From an uncultured Enterobacteriaceae bacterium (GTDB taxonomy: Bacteria; Pseudomonadota; Gammaproteobacteria; Burkholderiales; SG8-39), in contig CAZKHE010000001.1 in assembly GCA_964552535.1 (NCBI GenBank), forward strand, positions 27,976 to 91,975: a stretch of DNA of 64,000 nucleotides. Direction: 5' to 3'. The stretch's first letter is position 1. Every line of letters starts with the position of its first letter. A model generated the notes under the pieces. It was given only the letters and a program-made list of their open reading frames with translations. It was not told where the DNA came from and ran no database searches. Made by a program: the position numbers and the translations under genes. This document shows, one piece after another, positions 54,601 to 60,753 of the stretch.

Positions 54601-55180
54601 GAGGCCGCAGGCCCCGCTCGGCAAGGCGCTGTTCGAGGCCATTCCCGGCGACTCGCCCGACGAGCGAAGCCTCCTCGCCAGCACGCTGATCGGCGTGATG
54701 ATGGGCTTCCTGCCGACGGTGGACGGCAACCTGCGCGGGCTCTTCTACGAGTGGATGAACGACCGCTCGCTGTGGGACCACGAGGGTGCGTATCTCGCGG
54801 CGGACGGCCACGGCGCCCATGCGCGCGCCCACCGCGCCCTGCTGGGGCCCCTGCGCCGGACGCTGCAGCTGCGGCCGGTGCCCGAGGTCGTCTGGCGCAT
54901 CGCGCTGAAGCAGCACCGGCTCGGGACGGTGACCATCGAGGAAGGCGAGACGGTCGTGGTCGGCATCGTGTCGGCGATGCAGGAGGCGCGCCTCGACGAC
55001 GTCGACGACGTGTATCCGGTGTTCGGCGGCAACCGCGGCGCGAAGCCGCATCCGCTGCACGCCTGCCCGGGCTACGCGATGGCGATGGGCGTCATGCTCG
55101 GGGTGGTGGCGGGACTGCTGGAGGCGGCACGGCCGCGGCCCACGCTGTCGCCGTTCGCGTTGCGGATGGCGCGCCGCTAG
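51623..55180 (+). CDS. 1185-aa multidomain haem protein: unknown N-terminal domain + DyP-type peroxidase + P450-like (Cys-ligated) C-terminal domain
   Basis: SD gggaga precedes the ATG. DyP motifs: QGGIVEPY, GHFGFLDGISQP (Asp codon 53036-53038), VVRKLRQDV, CPLQSHIRRANPR (proximal His codon 53375-53377), RIVRRGMSYG, VVFMAYCASIAEQFEVIQ. The C-terminal ~390 aa show a P450-like K-helix/meander (LRRTLQLRPVPEVVWRIALKQHRLG..IEEGETVVV) and a Cys-pocket FGGNRGAKPHPLHACPGYAMAMG (Cys codon 55064-55066). Confidence 0.75.
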   Translation: MQFELQNKSRSLLGVTDLTLAAPIKRGLIPALDSRSYESRLRVLLRTLSTLRVSSLEAEPTPLIADAVDRIRAIHSFRLAIVGEDQRQLLLAVAFDGGWEPYMRRIWRDLGPLLDVIFCNCEGYLISREHVFAEYAGWVRRAQVATEFFYNASPLTVSDLHYLREAERRRRDCGAPPAAVGDKVEQAMPALTALYRLTDLYPPASAGIASLSGPGDGACLLRAAHHLLHDVADDLRRTEPASRNAPAERAALAWFRQSDAQPPREPSAAVSWDPSRAQGGIVEPYAGVSHACLLLIEFADEKGAAAFVGDHTSGVLGALGAADGTAAKPFVNVGFTAQGLKVAGVPAGTLEQFPFEFREGMAARASILGDLHYNHPTRWTLPERNWPERPSDPASRVEMTCVHAIVQLSCRSKLSLDWDDFAGNDRHPLRAFIRKFHDDLHKAGVRILSVQAMQRFSEGPETTPRGHFGFLDGISQPSLEGGTGAPWDRFKVGDLFLGHENSVGDEPVTGRLWDDSTFLVVRKLRQDVAALDDAVAGLGSEAAKLAKAKMMGRRLDGENLVDGRAGNDFDFSQDPDGGKCPLQSHIRRANPRALRDDLATVPRIVRRGMSYGPRRVEPGQASERGVVFMAYCASIAEQFEVIQAWLSGGNSTGDGSYSGLRDPFIGVPQPGDPHTFVYRDDRGREVRLPLDPDRPFVKLEWGAYLFVPSIRALEELKAIASEAPGEASDGRRQGQATDKREKARERERTAQAMKGAAVIGRLQLLEQLQGPEAARTQWKIALEDVSARISGMSQFIWTAIREHYGGTLRTPYGVLVGSRALVMQVFDNRGDLYSVQGYADRMKQSFGEIYLGMDRLAYARSVAGNVNEALMAVTEHEAFESARHVTGDVVRRLVPAGDEATIEVKDLVDEVLAALSAKWFGIPDPGGSYVVSGGWHWRGPNELPTCPGHFHSPSRYMFQPDPGTEASEAGQRHGQALYASVRAFVDAHRGARTRPQAPLGKALFEAIPGDSPDERSLLASTLIGVMMGFLPTVDGNLRGLFYEWMNDRSLWDHEGAYLAADGHGAHARAHRALLGPLRRTLQLRPVPEVVWRIALKQHRLGTVTIEEGETVVVGIVSAMQEARLDDVDDVYPVFGGNRGAKPHPLHACPGYAMAMGVMLGVVAGLLEAARPRPTLSPFALRMARR

Positions 55181-58100
55181 CGCGGCTGGAACTGCGCGCG
55201 CAACCGCGCGGCCTGCGCCAGGTGCCAGTGCATGCGCATCGACTCGAACGCCGCGCTCGCGCGTTCGACACCTGCCGCCGCGCCGTCGCGGTCGCCGCGC
55301 GCCAGCGCAATCTCCGCCGCGGCGAGATCGTTGCACGCCGTCTCGTGCGGCGAGCTGCGCGTGCGCGCGACCCGCTCGGCCCGTCGCAGGTGACGCTCGG
55401 CGGCGCGCCAGTCGCCCGCCGCCGCCTGCAGCCGCGCCATCGCGCGGCACGCCATGGCGCCGCCGAACCAGTCGCGCTTGCGCACGCGGCGCAGCGCCCG
55501 CGCCGCCTGGCGCCGCGCCTCGGCGGGTTGCCCGGCGGTCGCCAGCGCCTCGGCCAGCCAGCCGTGCACGAGGGACACGAACAGATTCTTGTCGCGCGAC
55601 TCGAGCCACGTCGCGGCCTCGGCCATGTCCTGCAGCAGCCGCGGATCGCGCGTGCCGTGCCACGCGGCGTAGGCGCCGAGGCCGCGGCTCATCGCGAACA
55701 GGTAGAGGCTGCGCACGCGCTCGGCGATCGCCTGCGCCGCGGCCGAGTCCTGGCGCGCCGCCTCCCAGCGGCCCTGCCAGAGGTTCACGCCGCTGCGCCA
55801 GCACAGCACCGACCCCTCGACCTCGTGCCCGCGCCACGGCAGGCACGCGAGCGCGTCGTCGAAGCAGGCCATCGCCTCGGGGAAGCGCCCGAGGTCGCCG
55901 AGCACGCTCGCCTTGCACGCGAGCGCATAGGCGAGGCCCGGCGAGGGGCGCGTCTCGGTCTCGCGGTCGCGGCGCAGGCGCGTGGTGTCGTCGAGCAGCG
56001 CGAGCGCGCCGCCGTAGTCGGCGGCCGCCGCCAGCGCCTGGCCCAGTGTCGCGCGCGCCTGCGCGGCGAGCCGCTGGTCGCCCAGCACGGTCGCCGCACG
56101 CACCGCCAGCTCGCAGTGCTCCACCGCGGCGCGCGACTCGCCGAGCGCGTAGTTCACGTACGCGAGCCAGTACTCCGCATACGCTTCGCCGGCGGCATCG
56201 CCGTGCTCGCGCGCCCGCGCCACCGCCCGATGGAAGATCGCGAGCTCCGCGCGCGACGGATCGAACACGGTGGCGAGGCCGAGGCGGCGAACGATCGAGC
56301 GCCACGCCTGATAGCGCTCGGCGGAGGCGGCCAGGCGGTCGAGCATGCCGAGCGCGGCGCCGTACTGCGCCTTGGCGGCGTCGATCGACGAGGCGGCCAT
56401 CGCCTTGTCGCCGGCGGTCGCCGCGTACCGCGTGGCCTCGGCGTACTCGCCCGCGCCGGCGAAGTGATAGGCGAGCGCCTCGCACGCATCCGCCTCGTCG
56501 CCGGCGCGCGCGTCCGCCTGGATCAGCTTCGCGATCTCGCGATGCATCGCGCGGCGCTTCTGCAGGCCCACCGCGCCGTACACCACGTCGCGCGTGATGC
56601 CGTGCTTGAAGCGCAGCGTCCCGTTCGCCTCGCCGGCGAACACCAGATCCTGCGCCGCCAGCGCGCGCACCCACAGGTGATCCTCGCCGCAGCCGGTGAG
56701 CCGCTCGAGCAGCCACGTGGGCACGACGTTGCCGATGACGGCCGCGGCGCTCAGCACGTGCGCCTGATCGCGCGGCAGCCGCGCGACGCGCGACTCGATC
56801 AGCGTCTCCAGCCACGCCGGCCCGCCGCGCACCGGGTCCAGGCCCGCGCTGGGACCGGCGCGCGCCACGGCGTGGCACAGCTCCTCGATGAACAGCGGAT
56901 TGCCGCCCGAGTAGCGGCGGATCTCGCCGGCCACGAAGGGATCGGCGGCGGGAAGCAGTTCCCCGATGGTGGCGTCCGCCTCGGCGGCGGAGAACGGCGC
57001 GAGCGCGAGATGGTCGGCGCCGGTGAGCTCGACGTCCCCGAGCTCCGGCGGACGCGTCGCCACCAGCAGCAGGACCGGGACGTTGCCGAGATCGCGGATC
57101 GCGTACACCACCTGCCGCGTGGCGTCGTCGGCCCAGTGCCAGTCGTCGATGAACAGCACCTGCGGCCGCAGCCGCGCCAGCGCCGCGAACACCTCGCGCA
57201 CCGCCGCGAGCGTCTGTTCCGGGGCGCTGCGGCGCGGCTCGGCCGTCCCTGGCGCTTCCGGATGCACGGAGAGCGCCGTCATCAGCTCGGTGCGGTAAGC
57301 GAGCAGCCCGGCGTCGATCTCCCCCAGCCCCGCCTCGATGGCCTGCGCGGCCGCGGCCGGGCTCATGCCGGGCACCAGCCCGAAGCGCGCGCGCAGCATC
57401 TGCAGGAAGGGCTGCAGCGGCTCGGCGCTCAGGTCGCCGCCGCAGTAGCCGCGCGACACCGTGCAAACCGGGGCGGCGAAGCGCTGCAGGAACTCCTCGG
57501 CGAGGCGGGTCTTGCCCACGCCCGGCGGTGCGGACACGGCAACGAAGCGCGCCCGCCCCGCGATCGCCCCGTCGAGCGCGCGCTGCAGCCACGCGAGCTC
57601 CTCGTGCCGGCCCACGAAGGGCACCAGCCCGCGCCGCGCGTGCGCCTCGAAGCGGGTGCGCAGCGGCATGCGCCCGAGAATGCGGTGGATGGCGAGCGGC
57701 TCGGCGCGGCCCTTCAGCGTCACGAAGCGGCGCTGCGCGGTCTCGAAGAGGTGGCTGCCCGGCCCGAGCGTCTCCTCGCTGACAAGGATCTCGTCGGCCT
57801 CCGCGACGTCGCTCAGGTGCTTGGCGATGCCGGGACCCGGCCCGAAGATCTCGACGCGGCCGGCCACGTTGTCGCCCTCGCGCGCGAGGACCACGCCGGA
57901 GTGGATGCCGGAGTGGACGCTGAGGTCGGGCGCGCCCTGCTGCGCATAGCGGATGCGCAGCAGGCGCACGGCGGCGTGGACGGCGAGCGCCGCCTCGACG
58001 GCACGGCGGCCGTCGTGCTCGGTCGCGTGCGGAAAGCCGAACACGGCCTGCAGGCCGTCGCCCTGGAACTGGTTGATCGCGCCGCCATGCCTGGCGACTG

Positions 58101-58266
58101 CGTCGCGGAACGCGGTGCGCACCTCGTTCAGCATCTCCGCGTACGTCTCGGCCTCCATCGCCCCCGAGAGGTGGGTGGAGTCCGAGAGGTCGGTGAACAG
58201 GATGGTCAGGTGACGGCGCTGCTCGGCATCGAACAGCTCGTCTTTCGGATCCGGATGGGCGGGCAT
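55177..58266 (-). CDS. Class-III nucleotide-cyclase-like domain + AAA/STAND P-loop ATPase + TPR-repeat protein
   Basis: ATG at 58266. Cyclase-like N-domain (LTILFTDLSDST, FQGDGLQAVFG, GIHSGVV). Walker A SAPPGVGKT, Walker B VLFIDDWHWAD. The long C-terminal region is Ala/Leu-rich TPR-like repeats. No HTH was recognised. Confidence 0.85.
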   Translation of the reverse strand: MPAHPDPKDELFDAEQRRHLTILFTDLSDSTHLSGAMEAETYAEMLNEVRTAFRDAVARHGGAINQFQGDGLQAVFGFPHATEHDGRRAVEAALAVHAAVRLLRIRYAQQGAPDLSVHSGIHSGVVLAREGDNVAGRVEIFGPGPGIAKHLSDVAEADEILVSEETLGPGSHLFETAQRRFVTLKGRAEPLAIHRILGRMPLRTRFEAHARRGLVPFVGRHEELAWLQRALDGAIAGRARFVAVSAPPGVGKTRLAEEFLQRFAAPVCTVSRGYCGGDLSAEPLQPFLQMLRARFGLVPGMSPAAAAQAIEAGLGEIDAGLLAYRTELMTALSVHPEAPGTAEPRRSAPEQTLAAVREVFAALARLRPQVLFIDDWHWADDATRQVVYAIRDLGNVPVLLLVATRPPELGDVELTGADHLALAPFSAAEADATIGELLPAADPFVAGEIRRYSGGNPLFIEELCHAVARAGPSAGLDPVRGGPAWLETLIESRVARLPRDQAHVLSAAAVIGNVVPTWLLERLTGCGEDHLWVRALAAQDLVFAGEANGTLRFKHGITRDVVYGAVGLQKRRAMHREIAKLIQADARAGDEADACEALAYHFAGAGEYAEATRYAATAGDKAMAASSIDAAKAQYGAALGMLDRLAASAERYQAWRSIVRRLGLATVFDPSRAELAIFHRAVARAREHGDAAGEAYAEYWLAYVNYALGESRAAVEHCELAVRAATVLGDQRLAAQARATLGQALAAAADYGGALALLDDTTRLRRDRETETRPSPGLAYALACKASVLGDLGRFPEAMACFDDALACLPWRGHEVEGSVLCWRSGVNLWQGRWEAARQDSAAAQAIAERVRSLYLFAMSRGLGAYAAWHGTRDPRLLQDMAEAATWLESRDKNLFVSLVHGWLAEALATAGQPAEARRQAARALRRVRKRDWFGGAMACRAMARLQAAAGDWRAAERHLRRAERVARTRSSPHETACNDLAAAEIALARGDRDGAAAGVERASAAFESMRMHWHLAQAARLRAQFQPR

Positions 58267-58403
58267 CGGTCGATCCACCTGAGGGGCGCGGGGAGATTGT
58301 GTGCCCCTCCCGGGGGCTGCGCAACAGCCGGGGACGGCCCGCCGGTGGAACGCCGGTGCGGGACTTGCTGCACCATCACCCTCTCCGCGACCCACGGAGC
58401 ACC

Positions 58404-59261
58404 ATGAAGCCCACCCGCAATCCCGACTCCGCTCCCGGCGACTGGTATGTCGACACGGCCTGCATCGATTGCGGCGCCGCCCGGCACGTCGCGCCCGATC
58501 TGATCGTCTGGCAGGGCGGCAAGAGCGTGTTCGCGCGGCAGCCCGCCACCGAGGAGGAGCGCATCGCGGCGTGGCGCGCCGTGCTGGTCTGCCCGACGGC
58601 GTCGGTGCGCAGCGAGATCAAGCAGGCGCGGCCGCCCGGCACGATCTTCCCGCAGCCGCTGACCGAGAACGTCTGGCGGTGCGGCTACAACGCCCGGTCG
58701 TCGTTCGGCGCGCACTCGTACTTCGTCGCGCGCCCGGGCAGCAACCTGCTCGTGGATTCGCCGCGCCATGCCGCGGACCTCGTGCACTGGTTCGAGTCGC
58801 GGGGCGGGATCGCGCACATCCTCCTGTCCCACCAGGACGACGTCGCCGACGCGGGCAAGTACGCGCAGCACTTCGGCGCGCGGGTCTGGATCCATCGCGA
58901 CGACAGCGCGGCTGCGGCCTACGCCACCGACGTCCTCGAAGGTACGTCCGCGCGTGCCGTCGCGGACGGCGTCATCGCCATTCCGCTGCCGGGACACACC
59001 CGCGGCAGCGTCGCCTACCTGTTCGACGACCGCGTGCTGTTCACCGGTGATTCACTCGCGTGGAGCGCGCGCGAGCAGGACCTCGTGGCGTTCCGCGATG
59101 CGTGCTGGTACTCGTGGACGACGCTGACCGCCTCGCTCGGGAAGCTTCTGGACTATCGGTTCGAATGGGTGCTGCCGGGCCACGGCTGGCCGGTGCAGCT
59201 GCCGGCGGCGGAGATGCATGCGCGGCTGCGGGCGCTGGTCGAGCGGATGGCGCGCGATTAG
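58404..59261 (+). CDS. Ferredoxin-like N-terminal module fused to an MBL-fold metallo-hydrolase
   Basis: ATG at 58404. The N-terminal WYVDTACIDCGAARHVAPDL ... VLVCPTASV resembles a single-cluster ferredoxin. MBL motif LLSHQDDVAD, later LPGHTRGS and LPGHG. Confidence 0.7.
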   Translation: MKPTRNPDSAPGDWYVDTACIDCGAARHVAPDLIVWQGGKSVFARQPATEEERIAAWRAVLVCPTASVRSEIKQARPPGTIFPQPLTENVWRCGYNARSSFGAHSYFVARPGSNLLVDSPRHAADLVHWFESRGGIAHILLSHQDDVADAGKYAQHFGARVWIHRDDSAAAAYATDVLEGTSARAVADGVIAIPLPGHTRGSVAYLFDDRVLFTGDSLAWSAREQDLVAFRDACWYSWTTLTASLGKLLDYRFEWVLPGHGWPVQLPAAEMHARLRALVERMARD

Positions 59262-59325
59262 CAGGTGCGCGGCGGACGCGCCGGCGCAGGGCATTCGGAA
59301 TCGTCGGCCGCGCGGGCGGCGCGCT

Positions 59326-60753
59326 TCACGCCGAGCCGGCGGACGGAATCCGCAACCGCGCCGCCGGATCCCCGAACACCATGTAGTTGAGCGCGTCGGT
59401 GCGCCACAGCCAGTGGTCGACCAGCTTGCGCTGCGTCAGCGCATCCCAGGCGAGGCGGCCGCGGCGCTCGCGATCGAAGTAGCTCGCCAGGAGCTGATTG
59501 CCGACGCGCAGCCGGCGCCGCATGTCCTCCATCGCAAGCCCGGCGGGCTGCACGCCGAGGAGCTGGTTCACCGCGTGCACGAACGGCTGCAGCCGCTCAT
59601 GCCAGCGGCCGGCGATCAGCGCATCGGGCTGGTCGGCGAATCCGTGCAGGAATGCGGTATCCAGATGCCCCACGTACGCGATCGGTCCGCGCGGATGGGC
59701 AAGCAGCGCGCGCGGCAGCGCGGCCACGAAGTCCCCCTCGGCGCAGCGCTTCGGCATGCCTTCGAGCCAGTGCGCGAAGTCGCTCTCCGCCGGGGTGCCG
59801 TAGCCGAAGCAGGCGAACTGGAAGAACACCGCGCCGTCGAGGAACGGCGCGTCGGCCGGCACGTCGTCCGCCGAGAACAGCGTGTCGAGCGCGCGCGGGC
59901 GATAGTCGGTGCAGCAGATGGCGCCGTTGTAGCGCGCCTGGCGTACCGGGTCCGCGGCCGGCGCGCATACGCCGTGGCTCGCCGTGTACACGAGCGCCGG
60001 CCGGCCGCCGTGCAGCGCCTCCACCAGCGCGTCCTTCCCGGCATCGTCGCCGGCGAGCAGCGTCGTGGCGAATCCCAGCGTGCCGCGCGCGTGCTGCGCC
60101 AGCGGCTCGATCATGTGATGCCGGCTGTACCAGGTCGCGTCGGTCCAGACGCCGGTGTCGGGTCCGAACAGCACGACGCGCCGCTCGACGGCCGGCTCCG
60201 GCGCGGACTCCAGGCGCACCACCTTCCGCGCGTAGGTCTCGTACGCTGCGATCTCGTCGAACGCGACGCGCCCGACGCTCGCCACGGACGCCAGCATCGA
60301 CTGCAGGCGGAACGGCAGGTGCGCCGGTTCGCCCGCGAGCAGCAGGTATTGCGGCACCTGCTTGCCATCGAGCTCGCGCGCGAAGTACTCGTCCTGCAGC
60401 CAGTCGGCCCACGCGTCCTCGGCGGCGCCGTCGATGGTCAGCACGGCGTCGTCAGCCGATGCGCCGCGCTGACGCATCAGCGGCGCCAGCGCCTCGACGA
60501 TCTCCTCGCGACGCGGATCGTCGCGCGCCACGACGAGCGCCCAGCCCACCGCGTGCGGATCGCCGACATCCGCCACCCGGCGCGCGACCTCGCCGCGGAA
60601 GACGATCCCGCGCTCGGCGGCATCGGTCTGCGCGCGGACGGACCCGGCGGCGCCGCGCATGGCCGCGAGCACCGTGCGCGCGGTCGCGGCTTCGTCGATC
60701 CGCGCGTAAGCCGGTTCGCCGTCGAGCGTGCGGCCCAGCGGGTAGAGCGTCAT
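59326..60753 (-). CDS. Cytoplasmic clan-CD cysteine peptidase, gingipain (C25)-like caspase fold
   Basis: ATG at 60753 overlaps the upstream stop (ATGA). QYLLLAGEPAHLPF is typical of the C25 N-terminal subdomain. His-Gly (ALVYTASHG, His codon 59974-59976) and Cys (FFQFACFGYG, Cys codon 59809-59811) lie in caspase-like order and spacing. No signal peptide. Confidence 0.6.
   Translation of the reverse strand: MTLYPLGRTLDGEPAYARIDEAATARTVLAAMRGAAGSVRAQTDAAERGIVFRGEVARRVADVGDPHAVGWALVVARDDPRREEIVEALAPLMRQRGASADDAVLTIDGAAEDAWADWLQDEYFARELDGKQVPQYLLLAGEPAHLPFRLQSMLASVASVGRVAFDEIAAYETYARKVVRLESAPEPAVERRVVLFGPDTGVWTDATWYSRHHMIEPLAQHARGTLGFATTLLAGDDAGKDALVEALHGGRPALVYTASHGVCAPAADPVRQARYNGAICCTDYRPRALDTLFSADDVPADAPFLDGAVFFQFACFGYGTPAESDFAHWLEGMPKRCAEGDFVAALPRALLAHPRGPIAYVGHLDTAFLHGFADQPDALIAGRWHERLQPFVHAVNQLLGVQPAGLAMEDMRRRLRVGNQLLASYFDRERRGRLAWDALTQRKLVDHWLWRTDALNYMVFGDPAARLRIPSAGSA

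Noticed and set aside
52991-58324. Very long ORFs in the track overlapping the real genes in other frames or on the other strand. Examples: 52991..58324 minus (1777 aa), 54457..58407 plus (1316 aa), 59652..63299 plus (1215 aa), 8085..10535 minus (816 aa), 22431..25016 minus (861 aa), 22619..25165 plus (848 aa).
   Set aside because: Their translations are dominated by Arg/Ala/Pro/Gly with no motifs, which is typical of shadow frames in DNA with GC-saturated third positions. In each case another frame gives a protein with balanced composition and clear family motifs.
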